A DNA stretch of 64,000 nt from a virus (lineage: Duplodnaviria; Caudoviricetes). Under the pieces are notes generated by a model that was not told where the DNA came from, did not search any database, and worked only from the letters and a program-made list of their open reading frames with translations. The DNA lies in IMG/VR virus record IMGVR_UViG_3300049596_000679, positions 1 to 64,000 of that record; one strand, 5' to 3'. Of this stretch, positions 19,756-31,111 are shown piece after piece. The translations under genes were made by a program, and so were the position numbers. Each line of letters opens with the position of its first letter. Within the stretch, counting starts at the first letter, position 1.

Positions 19756-22700
19756 ATGGCAGTAACAAAATATACGTGTCCACCTCAGTCTCCAAGCGGT
19801 CAAGGGACATTTTCTGACAACTTAGTTGGTTTACAACTTGTTGATGGTGGAGGGTTTACACAAGCAAATTTTGAATTTACCACATCAATTACTGAAAAAC
19901 AAAATAGAAACTTTTCAATAGGGGCATTTTCAGAACCTATATCTTTAGATACGTTAAATATTGAAAGTGTTACCGAATCAAGAATAATACAAGCGAATAA
20001 CTTTAAAGTTTATCCTAATTTTGATTTATCTCAAGTTACTAACTTTACATTATATGGTTCTTTAGTTAAAAGAGTATCTACTTCTATTTTACATATTATT
20101 AATTTTTTTCCTGGAGCATTAGAAATTACATCAGTTTTACCAAATTATAGTACAACTGAAACGGCAACAAACATTCTGTATGATGCGGTTGAGAATGAAA
20201 CAACATTTGATGTTTATATAGGATCTTTAAGAAACCCATTTGATATTGATTATAGTTCAAATGCCAATAGAAATTTTGAACTACTTGAAATTCAAGTTTC
20301 ATCTTTAAGAAATTTTACGGTAAATTACCCAAAATATTCATTGTTTATAAATGGTAGTGAATATCCTTTTATATTCTATAGTCCTTCTAATAATACATCT
20401 ACTACATTAAGTTTTGTTGTTAAAGGTAACCCATTCTCAGGTAATTCTATATCTTATGATTCGTTAGTCATTAGACCTAATGATATATACGTCAATAAAA
20501 CGTTTAATGAAGCAATGGATGAGGTTGAACAATTTTTGTTAAACAGATCTATAACTCCAATATATACATCAACGTTTACGGTTCCAAGAGAAAATGAAGA
20601 TGGAACGGTTTATTTAACGACCCAAGCAATCACATTTCCTAAAAATGGTCAATGGAATTTAGATATATCGTCATTAGCGTTTGATAACTATCTTACTACT
20701 TTAAATGAATTTGCGGCTAACTTAGATTTATATCGTACTAATTTAATATCACGTTTTTTAACGACAGGTGCTATTAAAGAGTTTGATACTCCTGATCAAA
20801 AAATAGAGAAGGTATTACAAATATATGGTAGAAGTTTTGATGAAACAAAAAAGTTTATATCGGCATTATCAAACATGAATAATGTTAATTACAATATCAA
20901 AAATGATATACCATCTCAGTTGTTAAAGAATTTAGCAATGACATTAGGGTGGGATCCAAATATATCACCAATCACAAATGATCAATTATTGGATTCTGTG
21001 TTTAGTACTGGAAGTAATAATTTTAGTGGTTTGTCGGTTGGTATGACACCTGAGGAACTTAACTACCAATATTATAGAAACTTAATTTTAAATTCAGCAT
21101 ATCTTTTTAAATCTAAAGGTACAAGAAAATCTATTGAAATTTTATTAAGATTAATTGGGGCTCCTGAAGCATTAATTGAATTTAATGAATACATATACAT
21201 TGCGGATCAAAAAATAAACATTGAAGAATTTAATGGTCAATACGCTCAATTATCGGGAGGGACATATAGTCAACAATTACCTATTTTAGATACAACAGAT
21301 ATCTACTCAATACAGGGACAACAATTTACTGGGTTTACAACAACTAGTATAATAACAGATGTTAATGTGTTCCCTGAGGATTACCCAATTGATAACTTTG
21401 GTTATCCTATGATGCCTTCAGTAAGTGATTCTTACTACTTCCAAATTGGAGGAGGTTGGTTTGAATCTACACCACAACATAGGATGCCAGAAAAAGTGGA
21501 CATTACTAATAGTGTATTTACGGGAGCAAACCCTAACTATCAGACAACATTATTACCATTTAATTATGGTGAACAATACCTACAAAGATATAAAACTTTT
21601 CCTTATATGAACTTAGGGTTTAAACTACGTAAAGTTGTTGATAATAAGAAAAGTTGGACAGATACTGATGATGGTTTAAGAACAAATTTTGATGGTGGGT
21701 TTAACGCTTATTATCCTGTTGGTGATGACAAATTAGTGGTTAATGTTAAGAATGTTGACATATTTATGAACCCCGCTCAAGGGTTGGTTTATGATGTGTG
21801 GACAATGTCGAGACAATATAATTATCCAATACCTAATCAAGGGTTAAATTATGTTGAACCAACACGATGTAATCCAAACCCAAATACCCCATACCCACAA
21901 AGGGGCGGAATTGATTGGACGGTAATTAACCCAAAACCAAAAGAAAAAACATTCTTTGAATTTGCTCAAACTTTTTGGCATAATACAATTAATGTAAGAA
22001 ATAGACAATTTATTACCGATGGTAAGACAGGTGGGTACCCAACCCTTCAATCTATCTATTGGAAATATTTAGAATCGGGGCAAGCGATTAATGTCCCTAA
22101 TGATAACTTTACATATCAAACAATGATTGATTATGTTAATGGGTTGGGGACTTATTGGATAAAATTAATTGAACAAATGGTTCCTGCAACCACAATATGG
22201 AATACCGGTACTAAATTAGAAAACTCAATTTTCCACAGACAAAAGTTTGTATGGAGAAGACAAATGGGTTGTCAACTTGTACCAGTACCGTGTGATCCTT
22301 GTTATGCAATTGGTCAATTAGTGCCTTATGATTGTCCAATACAATCTGTTGAGTGTCCTATTTACCCTTGGGGGTCTAGTCCTAACGTTAATTCATTTGG
22401 TGTTGTTTTAGGTGATGTTTTGACTACATATTTAAATGATAATGGTTATAATTTAAATAATGATTGTTTGGTTAACACATTAACATCTGAATGGTATGTT
22501 GATGTTAGATTAAATGGAAATCAAATTATAGATTATAAATTCTTTGATGGGTATGGTTATTCTGTTAGTGGAACAAGTTTCCCAACTCAAGTGAATTGGT
22601 TAAATGCCCTTTATGACTCATTACCACAAATGATTAATGAAGGTTTAACGTTTAATATTGATGAAACAACAAATATTGTGACAATTTTTAATAATAATTG

Positions 22701-22773
22701 TATTTCACTTAATAACCAAAACAATTTTGAATTAAATGTGGGGATAAATTTTGATATAATTTGTAATCAATAA
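19756..22773 (+). CDS. baseplate wedge protein (T4 gp7 / P2 gpI-like domain)
   Basis: LLKNLAMTLGW...YLFKSKGTRKSIEILLRLIG resembles the gp7/gpI motif. Confidence 0.65.
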   Translation: MAVTKYTCPPQSPSGQGTFSDNLVGLQLVDGGGFTQANFEFTTSITEKQNRNFSIGAFSEPISLDTLNIESVTESRIIQANNFKVYPNFDLSQVTNFTLYGSLVKRVSTSILHIINFFPGALEITSVLPNYSTTETATNILYDAVENETTFDVYIGSLRNPFDIDYSSNANRNFELLEIQVSSLRNFTVNYPKYSLFINGSEYPFIFYSPSNNTSTTLSFVVKGNPFSGNSISYDSLVIRPNDIYVNKTFNEAMDEVEQFLLNRSITPIYTSTFTVPRENEDGTVYLTTQAITFPKNGQWNLDISSLAFDNYLTTLNEFAANLDLYRTNLISRFLTTGAIKEFDTPDQKIEKVLQIYGRSFDETKKFISALSNMNNVNYNIKNDIPSQLLKNLAMTLGWDPNISPITNDQLLDSVFSTGSNNFSGLSVGMTPEELNYQYYRNLILNSAYLFKSKGTRKSIEILLRLIGAPEALIEFNEYIYIADQKINIEEFNGQYAQLSGGTYSQQLPILDTTDIYSIQGQQFTGFTTTSIITDVNVFPEDYPIDNFGYPMMPSVSDSYYFQIGGGWFESTPQHRMPEKVDITNSVFTGANPNYQTTLLPFNYGEQYLQRYKTFPYMNLGFKLRKVVDNKKSWTDTDDGLRTNFDGGFNAYYPVGDDKLVVNVKNVDIFMNPAQGLVYDVWTMSRQYNYPIPNQGLNYVEPTRCNPNPNTPYPQRGGIDWTVINPKPKEKTFFEFAQTFWHNTINVRNRQFITDGKTGGYPTLQSIYWKYLESGQAINVPNDNFTYQTMIDYVNGLGTYWIKLIEQMVPATTIWNTGTKLENSIFHRQKFVWRRQMGCQLVPVPCDPCYAIGQLVPYDCPIQSVECPIYPWGSSPNVNSFGVVLGDVLTTYLNDNGYNLNNDCLVNTLTSEWYVDVRLNGNQIIDYKFFDGYGYSVSGTSFPTQVNWLNALYDSLPQMINEGLTFNIDETTNIVTIFNNNCISLNNQNNFELNVGINFDIICNQ

Positions 22774-25454
22774 TGGGATCAATAAGTACATATGGTTTTT
22801 CTGTAACAGGAGATTGTACAAATATGGGGTTAGGTGAGGTAACTTTTTCTGTTACGGGAGATAGTCCAAATTGGTTGGTTATTGAAACACCTACCGCCAA
22901 TCTTAATTTACCAACTTCCGCATTAACGGTAGTTGATTATGTTTATTATTATTCAGGTTTAAGTGCGGGTAGTTACTTTTTACAAGTATATGACTCAACA
23001 TATAGTAATTATGAGGTTGTAAATTTTTATATTTCTTCAGGTACCTGTGTTTCAATTAATACAACAGATACTACTTGTGGTTTTAATAATGGAGGTATAA
23101 CTGCAACAACACAATCTTATTATGGTGGTGGTGCAGGTGCTACTTTTGTTTTATATGATATTAATAATAATTTTATTTCAAGCGGAACTTCGGTAAGTAA
23201 TGAATATGTTTTTCCTCCTGTTTCTGGTGGAACTTATTATGTTGTTGCTGATGATGGGGGTGGTTGTCAAGGTATAAGTGAATCCTGTATTGTTAAAGAA
23301 TCAATACCATTTGATTATGGTTATTATGTTGTAAATGATGGAAGTTGTATAAGTAATGATGGTAGTGGTAAAATATTTTTAACAGGTTTATCTGATCCAA
23401 GTTTATACACGGTTAATTGGTTAACGAGTGTTAATGGGCAAACTGGAACAACGGTAACAGGTTTAACTGCTGGATTGTATAACGTACAAGTGACCAATGA
23501 AGATGGATGTGTTGCAAGTAAAATAATTACAATTACTGGTGTGGAACCATTAGGTATTGGTGGTTTTATGACATATCCACCAAGTTGTTTCACTAATGAT
23601 GGTGAAATAAACATAATTGTAACAGGTGGAACCGCACCATATTATATTGGATGTTCAAATGGTGATAGTACAATAATATTTAATAACGATTATACGTTTA
23701 CAGGTTTATTTTCGGGAACATACAATTTTAACATAATAGATGCCGGAGTATGTACCGTATCAGGGACAACTTCTATCAACACATCTAATAGTTTTCAGGT
23801 ATTAAGTGTTAATACCGTAAATTCAACTTGTAATGATAATACGGGATCGGTAACTATTACGTTAATTGGTTCGGGATATTATACATATAGTTTAACAAAT
23901 TCATCAAATAATACAACAACTTTTGGTCCTACTACTAATATAGTACAACAATTTAATACATTATCTTCAGGTAATTATGATTTGGTTGTAACTGATGGTA
24001 TATGTACATATGAAACCACAATTACAATTGATAATACTGAAAAATTTACAATTTCCGCAATTACTCAAAATACTACTTGTGGGTTAAATGATGGATCAAT
24101 ACAATTATTAGCAAGTAGTGGTGGGACATTACCTTATAGTTATCAGATTACGGGATTTCCACCTTCATTAACCACTACTTTTAATGATTTAGCTCCTGGT
24201 AATTATGTTGGTACGGTAACCGATAATACGGGTTGTTCGCAAACTTTAAATCTTTATATTAATAATTCTAATGGGGTATTATTTGATTTAATTGTGACTC
24301 AACCAACAAGTGGTAATAATGGTCAAATTGATACTATTATATATAACGGAACACCAACATTTACATATGATTGGAGTCCAAACGTTAATGGTCAAACAGG
24401 ATCAACCGTTACATCATTAAGTGGTGGTACATATAGTTTGGAGTTAACAGATTCAAGTGGATGTACATATACAAAAACGGTTACTTTATCAGGAACTAAT
24501 AAAAAATTAAGTTATCAAACATATAACATATGTAATGATAATTTCCAAAATACGGGAATACTTGGTAAACGAGGTATGCAACAAATGTTATCCGAAGGTT
24601 TTGCAGATTTAACATATGATGATACTGGATGTGTTATTGTTAACGCTAATTTTATTGCGGATGTTACGGTTGATGGAGTGAATACTCAAGAATCCTTTTA
24701 TATTTCATCAGGATTAACGGATTATCCATCTGATTATACTTGGGGACAAACTCTTATTGGGGTTTTAGAAAGTTATGATGGTATCAGTAAAGTTGAGATA
24801 GACTATACAACTAATGAAATAAAAATTTATAATAAATGTGTTGAAATTAATGGATGTCAACCTGAAACTATTTATTATTTATCTGATGCGAATATTGTAA
24901 TCAATCTAAAATTAGAATATAATATTTCTTGTTATCAATGTGTTGTAACCCCAACCCCAACCCCAACACAAACGGTAACACAAACGGTAACCTCAACACA
25001 AACGTTAACCCCAACACAAACGTTAACACAAACGGTAACCCCAACACAAACGGTAACACAAACGGTAACCCCAACACAAACGGTAACCCCAACACAAACC
25101 ACAACACAAACGGTAACCCCAACACAAAGTGTTACAAGCACTCCTACACCTACAGTGACACCTACAAATACGGAAACACAAACACCAACTCCTACACCTA
25201 CGCCAACAGAAACAACAACGCCTACACCAACTCCTACACTAACTCCAACACCAACAATACCTTGTAATACTTATTGGTTATTTGAGGGTGGTTTTGCAGG
25301 AGCTACGTTTGATTATACAGATTGTGATGGAGCATTACAAATGGTTTTGGTTGGTATAGGTAGTTCCGAATCTCGTTGTGGCTACCTTTTACCCGATCCA
25401 ACACTAATATCAGGTAGTGGGACATTTTCAGATTCAGGACCTTGCCCTCCTTAA
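22773..25454 (+). CDS. tail fibre / adhesin-like protein with SprB-type repeats and a C-terminal mucin-like Thr/Pro tract
   Basis: repeated C..NDG.I....GGT.PY.Y...L..G.Y.V.V.D..GC units; (TPTQTV)n tract. Confidence 0.75.
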   Translation: MGSISTYGFSVTGDCTNMGLGEVTFSVTGDSPNWLVIETPTANLNLPTSALTVVDYVYYYSGLSAGSYFLQVYDSTYSNYEVVNFYISSGTCVSINTTDTTCGFNNGGITATTQSYYGGGAGATFVLYDINNNFISSGTSVSNEYVFPPVSGGTYYVVADDGGGCQGISESCIVKESIPFDYGYYVVNDGSCISNDGSGKIFLTGLSDPSLYTVNWLTSVNGQTGTTVTGLTAGLYNVQVTNEDGCVASKIITITGVEPLGIGGFMTYPPSCFTNDGEINIIVTGGTAPYYIGCSNGDSTIIFNNDYTFTGLFSGTYNFNIIDAGVCTVSGTTSINTSNSFQVLSVNTVNSTCNDNTGSVTITLIGSGYYTYSLTNSSNNTTTFGPTTNIVQQFNTLSSGNYDLVVTDGICTYETTITIDNTEKFTISAITQNTTCGLNDGSIQLLASSGGTLPYSYQITGFPPSLTTTFNDLAPGNYVGTVTDNTGCSQTLNLYINNSNGVLFDLIVTQPTSGNNGQIDTIIYNGTPTFTYDWSPNVNGQTGSTVTSLSGGTYSLELTDSSGCTYTKTVTLSGTNKKLSYQTYNICNDNFQNTGILGKRGMQQMLSEGFADLTYDDTGCVIVNANFIADVTVDGVNTQESFYISSGLTDYPSDYTWGQTLIGVLESYDGISKVEIDYTTNEIKIYNKCVEINGCQPETIYYLSDANIVINLKLEYNISCYQCVVTPTPTPTQTVTQTVTSTQTLTPTQTLTQTVTPTQTVTQTVTPTQTVTPTQTTTQTVTPTQSVTSTPTPTVTPTNTETQTPTPTPTPTETTTPTPTPTLTPTPTIPCNTYWLFEGGFAGATFDYTDCDGALQMVLVGIGSSESRCGYLLPDPTLISGSGTFSDSGPCPP
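24947..25257 (+). repeat. coding tandem repeat, Thr/Pro/Gln/Val-rich (TPTQTV, PTPT)
   Basis: 12- and 18-nt units such as ACCCCAACACAAACGGTA repeated over about 310 nt. Confidence 0.95.
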
Positions 25455-25495
25455 TTTAAATTCACTTTTATTTATTATGTGATATCTTTTAATAT

Positions 25496-26470
25496 ATGGA
25501 AGATATTCTTTTTGTTACCGCACAACCTGACGTACCTTATTTTCATTGGCAAGTAAAGTTGTATACGCATAATTTCATTGAGAAAGGAATTAAACCTTGT
25601 CAGATCCATGTAATTTTTGGATTACAAAAAAAACAACAACCATCACAAGGTGCTTTAGAATTATGTGATTATGGTTTTAATGTTCATTTTTATGATGACG
25701 ATAGAGAAACCAAATCATATATACCAAGTATAAAACCATATTTAATTTTTCAATGGTTAAACGAATATCCTGAAAATAGTAAATTATTTTTCTTACACGA
25801 TTCAGATATCATATTCAGTAGATTACCAGATTTTGATAAGTTATTAAATGATAATATTTCATATCTATCCGACACAATAGGGTATATTGGTTACAACTAC
25901 ATTAAAGATTGTTGTGATAGATATGAGAAACAATATCCATCATCAAACAAAGAGCAATTATTTCAAGAAATGGCTGACATTATTGGGATTGATGTTGATT
26001 TAATTAAACAAAACCAAGAAAATTCAGGTGGAGGACAATACCTTATTAAAAATACGGATCCTTTATTATGGGGTAAGATTTATGATGATTGTACTCCACT
26101 TTATAATCAAATGTTGGATTACCAAAGAAGGTTCCCAATTAATCCAGGTCAAATACAATTTTGGACTGCAGAAATGTGGTCGTTATTATGGAATATGTGG
26201 AATTCAGGATATGAGACAAAAATTACAAATGAATTAGATTTTTCTTGGGCAACTGATGATATTGATATTTATAATAAAAAACCAATATTACATATGGCAG
26301 GTGTAACCGACCAATTAAAAACTACAAAATTTTATAAGGGAGATTTTATAAACAGGAATCCAATTGAGGATTTAAGGAATGATAGTAATTACTTCAATTA
26401 TGTGGATAAAAATAGTTCCACAATTAAATATATTGAAGTAATGGAGTCATTTTTAGAAAAAAATAAATAA
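25496..26470 (+). CDS. putative protein O-glycosyltransferase (GT-A fold, SERGT1/HPAT-like)
   Basis: YFHWQ, YIPSIKP..FQWL, DxD (HDSDII), GGGQY, WTAEMWS, ILH, in the same order as plant peptidyl-serine galactosyltransferase motifs. Confidence 0.7.
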   Translation: MEDILFVTAQPDVPYFHWQVKLYTHNFIEKGIKPCQIHVIFGLQKKQQPSQGALELCDYGFNVHFYDDDRETKSYIPSIKPYLIFQWLNEYPENSKLFFLHDSDIIFSRLPDFDKLLNDNISYLSDTIGYIGYNYIKDCCDRYEKQYPSSNKEQLFQEMADIIGIDVDLIKQNQENSGGGQYLIKNTDPLLWGKIYDDCTPLYNQMLDYQRRFPINPGQIQFWTAEMWSLLWNMWNSGYETKITNELDFSWATDDIDIYNKKPILHMAGVTDQLKTTKFYKGDFINRNPIEDLRNDSNYFNYVDKNSSTIKYIEVMESFLEKNK

Positions 26471-26487
26471 CTGATTATTTATTAGTA

Positions 26488-27813
26488 ATGGGAACTCAAC
26501 CGATAATAGTAAAACCTGTAAATGAATGTGCAATAATAACGTTATTTCCAATGACGGCTATATGTAATAGTAATAATCCAAGTACACCACAATCTTACGA
26601 TGGATCAGTTAGTGTTTTGGTTAGTGGTGGTACTCCACCATATAATATTACTTGGGAAGAAGGTGGATCTGGACCAACAAAGTCTAATCTTGGTGTTGGT
26701 GATTATCATGCAACCATAGTTGATTTTTATGGTGATTTTACGGCAAATACAATATGTAGTTTAACTGCGGAAACAACAACCACCACAACTTCCACTTCAA
26801 CAACTACATTACCTGTTTATAGTGGTTTATGTATGTATTTTACAAATACGCATGGGTCTAACTCGGAAACACATGAATTTTTATTTAATGGGTATTTAAA
26901 TGGGCAACCTACTTGGAAATCTGATGATAATTTATATGATATATATTGGAGTACAGGAACAACAAATCAATGGTTAGTTGATGGGTGGAGTAATGGTATT
27001 ATATATAATTCAAACACATCTACACCTCCATTAACGGGATGGCAATTCTTAGGTGGAAGTTATTCTGCGTCATATGTAATTACTGTATTGGAAGGGGCTT
27101 GTGTGAATAATCCTATGATTAATATGTCAATAAGTACACAAGCGCCAACGTGTCTTAATAATGGTAGTATTATTATAACTGCAAATGGTGGAACACCGGC
27201 ATACCAATATTCAATTAATGGAGGAACTACGTATCAATCAAGTCCGGTATTTAGTAATTTAGGGGGAGGTATTTATAGTGTTATGGTTAAAGATTCGAAT
27301 AATATAACCACAACACAAAGTGTTACGTTAACATCATTACCTATTATTAACAATTATCAAATTCAATTACTTTTAACTGGACCTAATTCTTTTAATATTG
27401 TCGTAACACCTACATTACCTATTGGTGCGTACATTACGTTTAATTTATTACATAATAGTACATTTAAATTAGCTCCTTCACCAACTGTCGCAACATATAA
27501 TAATTTAGTTACGGTTATTGTTAATGGGGCTCCAATAACAACACCATCACCTATCTTAACTACAAGTACAACGTTTAATCCTTGTGATTCAGGGTCAATT
27601 TACACAAATATTAATGTAACTAATTGGAATTCAATAACATTTAATTCGTCAACTACAATAAGTGGTACTTTTACAAATACTATAAACCCAATAACACCTT
27701 TAGTTACTTGTTATAATGTTACTGGTCAAAGTAAATTATTTATTAATAATGCTAAGTTGAATAAATGTGGATGTTGTAATCTTATAGTTAAAAATCCACC
27801 ATATAATAAATAA
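26488..27813 (+). CDS. SprB-repeat fibre/adhesin-like protein with a poly-Thr tract
   Basis: DGSVSVLVSGGTPPY and NGSIIITANGGTPAYQYSING units; ETTTTTTSTSTTT. Confidence 0.7.
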   Translation: MGTQPIIVKPVNECAIITLFPMTAICNSNNPSTPQSYDGSVSVLVSGGTPPYNITWEEGGSGPTKSNLGVGDYHATIVDFYGDFTANTICSLTAETTTTTTSTSTTTLPVYSGLCMYFTNTHGSNSETHEFLFNGYLNGQPTWKSDDNLYDIYWSTGTTNQWLVDGWSNGIIYNSNTSTPPLTGWQFLGGSYSASYVITVLEGACVNNPMINMSISTQAPTCLNNGSIIITANGGTPAYQYSINGGTTYQSSPVFSNLGGGIYSVMVKDSNNITTTQSVTLTSLPIINNYQIQLLLTGPNSFNIVVTPTLPIGAYITFNLLHNSTFKLAPSPTVATYNNLVTVIVNGAPITTPSPILTTSTTFNPCDSGSIYTNINVTNWNSITFNSSTTISGTFTNTINPITPLVTCYNVTGQSKLFINNAKLNKCGCCNLIVKNPPYNK

Positions 27814-27843
27814 AAATTAAGTAATAAACTATTTATTGATTAA

Positions 27844-30384
27844 ATGAGTTATATATTAAAAAATACATCAGGGTTAGTTAACACTAGAATTACTGACACC
27901 GGAAGGTTAAAATTATCACAAGGTAATTTTAATATATCCTATTTCCAAATTGGGGATAGTGAAGTGTCATATAATGAATTACCAAACACTTATAATCAAT
28001 CAAATAGTGTTGTTTTAGAACCAAGTTTTAATAGTCAAAATAACGCTGGGTCTCCTGAATCAAACAAACAAAATATTAAATACCCATATTATGTTGATGA
28101 CAATAATATTAATACATATGGTATACCATTTATGGATTCTGTTATTGAACCTGTTTATAATAGAGCTCCACTAAGAGGATTTTTCACAGGTAATACAACC
28201 GCATCAACAATTAACTATAGTGCATTTATAGGATCAAAATATGTTGTCACATCCAACTATATTGTTGATATGTCAACATTAGATGGGTCAAATCAAATAA
28301 AAATAATTCAAGATATATGTGATCCAACAAATACTAACAGACCTGCAATTGGAGATTTTATTACAATATATTATGATGGTTTAGCAAAGTATGATTGTTC
28401 TTGTGATAATTTACCTACACCTACACCAACGGCAACAATAGGTACTACACCAACATTAACTAATACTCCCACTGCGTCAAATACTAATTCTGATCCGTGT
28501 GCGTCACCAACACCTACACCAACTCCATCGGCAACACCTTGTTTGACACCATCAAATAAACCTGTTTGTCCTATACCACCTGATCCATCATGTGTTAAAC
28601 CTGTTCACTCATGTTTCCCTATCTTAACTTATAGAATTATTGATATTTGTGAGAACAATGTGACTTTGGATAGGCCAACACCAAATTATATTGGTTTAAG
28701 TACGTATTGTTTTGGTAGAGTATTAGTATACCCACCGAATATGACAACAATATATGATAGTATCACACCTAGACCACATTGGGCTGATGATGTTATTAAT
28801 TTTGAATCTATTTGTGATGTTGATCAATTTGATGTTAAAGTATGGAATATGAATATTCCATGGACTGAAAGTCCTGCAGGATTAAGATCTACTGAGTATG
28901 AAGATTATACGTATTTTGGTTCTATTGATTATATTGGTAGTAAAGAATATTTTGGATACAATTCTACATCAGGACAGACTGATACAAGTTATGTGTATTA
29001 TTATAACTCATTTGATGAAATTGTTCAGGTTAAACCTGAGGAACAGAAAGCAATTGCAATTATACATTATACTAACCAAACTATCGATTTCTTCTATGGT
29101 GAGAAATTTGCGTTGGAACCATACAACAATTCAAATCCTGATGATACTACAGGACAAGCAAGAAACTTTAAATTACATATGCCAACATTAATGTGGCATA
29201 AAAATCCTGAGTGTTGTTATGGTCAAACATTTTGGGTTGATCCTCCGGGATTTGACGGAAAAGATTTATTCCAAGTTCAATATATTAAGTCAACTAAAAA
29301 TGGTGATATGAACCAACCTGGTATTCGTTATTATCATTTGTGGGACACCAATGCAAATGCAAATGGATTACCAAGTAGAGTTGGTAAAGTATTCCCTGAT
29401 AGTAAATTAATTATTATTGATGATGAGGAAATTATAGCTGCGTTATCATACAAGTCAAATAGAAATTGGACATTAACGGCACCACAGGTATCTTTAATAA
29501 CTCCTAACACTTGTGGTTTAACTACCGCAACTACTGAAGGTATTTTAACAGGTAGTAGTGAAACTATGTTTGTTACTTATAGGTTAAGTAATCCTTATAA
29601 TTTTACTAATTCATTACATTCTAACTATTATTCTAAAATACTGGGTAATAATAATGATTGTAATCCTGACACATCTAAAAATGTGGCGGTTAGATTTGGT
29701 GCTGAATTTAAATGTTTAACACAACCTGGATATAATCCTGTTACAACTACAACAACGTATTCTCCATTAACAACTACTACTACTTATCCTTTATTAACAA
29801 CGACTACAACTTATTTACCATTAACGACTACCACAACAACACATTGCCCAACTACTTGTGATACACCTAGTGGGTTCTTTGCGACTAACTTCCAAGTAAT
29901 TGCACAAAAAGTGGTAACAGGACAAAGACCTGATCCATCTAAATGGAAAGTTATTGACTACACTAGTTCGTTATCGGCAACAACAATAAATGGGTATATA
30001 ACTGAAGAAGGTTTAACTGGAACAACATTTGTTATTACCCCTGATCTTTATAATAATTCACCATATTATAATCTTAACAATTTCATCCCATTAACACCAC
30101 TTGGTACTACCACACCTAATCTTAATTTTGGTGATGAGTATTTTTTCTATGGATCTTTTGAAAGTGATATACAGGCAACAATTTATGAGATGAGGTATAA
30201 AGTAAATTTAAGTTTTGCAGAATTCCAAACCACAACAAATCCTACATGGAAAAAAGGGTCTAATTCTTATGTTACTGAGATTGCGTTACTTGATAGTAAT
30301 AAAGATGTTATGGTGGTTTCTAAAATGCAATCACCTGTGTTAAGACAAGGTATACAACAATTTGTAGTTAAGTTAGATTTGTAA
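27844..30384 (+). CDS. tail/baseplate-attached protein with Pro/Thr tracts
   Basis: N-terminal ITDTGRLKL..YFQIGDSE and C-terminal YVTEIALLD..VVSK..PV resemble tail fibre/collar attachment domains; PTPT and TTTTTYxxL repeats. Confidence 0.65.
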   Translation: MSYILKNTSGLVNTRITDTGRLKLSQGNFNISYFQIGDSEVSYNELPNTYNQSNSVVLEPSFNSQNNAGSPESNKQNIKYPYYVDDNNINTYGIPFMDSVIEPVYNRAPLRGFFTGNTTASTINYSAFIGSKYVVTSNYIVDMSTLDGSNQIKIIQDICDPTNTNRPAIGDFITIYYDGLAKYDCSCDNLPTPTPTATIGTTPTLTNTPTASNTNSDPCASPTPTPTPSATPCLTPSNKPVCPIPPDPSCVKPVHSCFPILTYRIIDICENNVTLDRPTPNYIGLSTYCFGRVLVYPPNMTTIYDSITPRPHWADDVINFESICDVDQFDVKVWNMNIPWTESPAGLRSTEYEDYTYFGSIDYIGSKEYFGYNSTSGQTDTSYVYYYNSFDEIVQVKPEEQKAIAIIHYTNQTIDFFYGEKFALEPYNNSNPDDTTGQARNFKLHMPTLMWHKNPECCYGQTFWVDPPGFDGKDLFQVQYIKSTKNGDMNQPGIRYYHLWDTNANANGLPSRVGKVFPDSKLIIIDDEEIIAALSYKSNRNWTLTAPQVSLITPNTCGLTTATTEGILTGSSETMFVTYRLSNPYNFTNSLHSNYYSKILGNNNDCNPDTSKNVAVRFGAEFKCLTQPGYNPVTTTTTYSPLTTTTTYPLLTTTTTYLPLTTTTTTHCPTTCDTPSGFFATNFQVIAQKVVTGQRPDPSKWKVIDYTSSLSATTINGYITEEGLTGTTFVITPDLYNNSPYYNLNNFIPLTPLGTTTPNLNFGDEYFFYGSFESDIQATIYEMRYKVNLSFAEFQTTTNPTWKKGSNSYVTEIALLDSNKDVMVVSKMQSPVLRQGIQQFVVKLDL
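29743..29841 (+). repeat. 27-nt coding tandem repeat (TTTTTYxxL x3 plus poly-Thr)
   Basis: ACAACTACAACAACGTATTCTCCATTA-like units. Confidence 0.85.
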
Positions 30385-30435
30385 AAAACTTTAGTTTTAA
30401 CATCTTACTATTATATTATAATAAAACAATCTTTT

Positions 30436-31044
30436 ATGAGGACACCAATGAAAAATTCACCTAAAGTATTGGGATTAGACATCTCAACTAAAACAATAGG
30501 GTGGGCACTATTTGATATTAAAACACAAGATTTATTAGAGTTAACTCACGTATCTCCAAGACCTAAAAATAAAGATACTGAGGAAAATAAGATGTTAGAA
30601 TTAATATTAAAATCTGAAGTGTTCAAAACTAAATTAGATGATTATAAAAAATTAGGGATTGTAAGTGTTATTATTGAAGAACCATTATTAAACTCTAATA
30701 ATGTTTATACAATCCAAACTTTATTAAGATTTAATACGTTAATATGTAAAACAATTTATGATGTGTTAGGTATTGTTCCTGAATTTATTTCTACCTATAA
30801 CTCAAGAAAATTTGCGTTTCCTGAATTAGTTAAAGAAAATGATAAAAAGAAACACGTTTTATTTGGAGGACTTCCTAAGGACATTGATAAGAAAATGATC
30901 ATATGGGAGTTGGTTGCAAAAAAAGAACCTCAGATCCAATGGCAATATACAAGAAACAATACTTTAAAGAAAGAAAACTTTGACCAAACAGACGCTTATG
31001 CTTGTGTGTTAGGTTATATGAGAAGTAAGGAAATTTGGAGTTAA
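30436..31044 (+). CDS. ruvC: RuvC-like Holliday junction resolvase
   Basis: VLGLDISTKTIGWA, IIEEP, DQTDAY. Confidence 0.8.
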   Translation: MRTPMKNSPKVLGLDISTKTIGWALFDIKTQDLLELTHVSPRPKNKDTEENKMLELILKSEVFKTKLDDYKKLGIVSVIIEEPLLNSNNVYTIQTLLRFNTLICKTIYDVLGIVPEFISTYNSRKFAFPELVKENDKKKHVLFGGLPKDIDKKMIIWELVAKKEPQIQWQYTRNNTLKKENFDQTDAYACVLGYMRSKEIWS

Positions 31045-31102
31045 TATTGGTCTAAATACCAATAATTAGGAATATCGGTTAATTAGCCGATATTTTTTTT
31101 AT
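31045..31102. terminator. two adjacent hairpins between convergent genes
   Basis: TATTGGT-CTAAAT-ACCAATA and AATATCGG-TTAATTAG-CCGATATT plus T-run. Confidence 0.7.
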
Positions 31103-31111
31103 TTTATATTT

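Noticed and set aside
24947-25130. Tandem repeats as a possible CRISPR array
   Set aside because: Units are 12-18 nt, in frame and coding, with no unique spacers; no cas genes
24901-25267. Alternative-frame ORFs (NPNTNG repeats; VLGLPF and CVGVTV repeats)
   Set aside because: Shadows of the TPTQTV tandem repeat in the fibre gene, with no independent start context
30436-31044. TnpB/Cas12-like RuvC effector or transposase
   Set aside because: Only about 200 aa, no Zn ribbon or IS ends; fits a stand-alone resolvase
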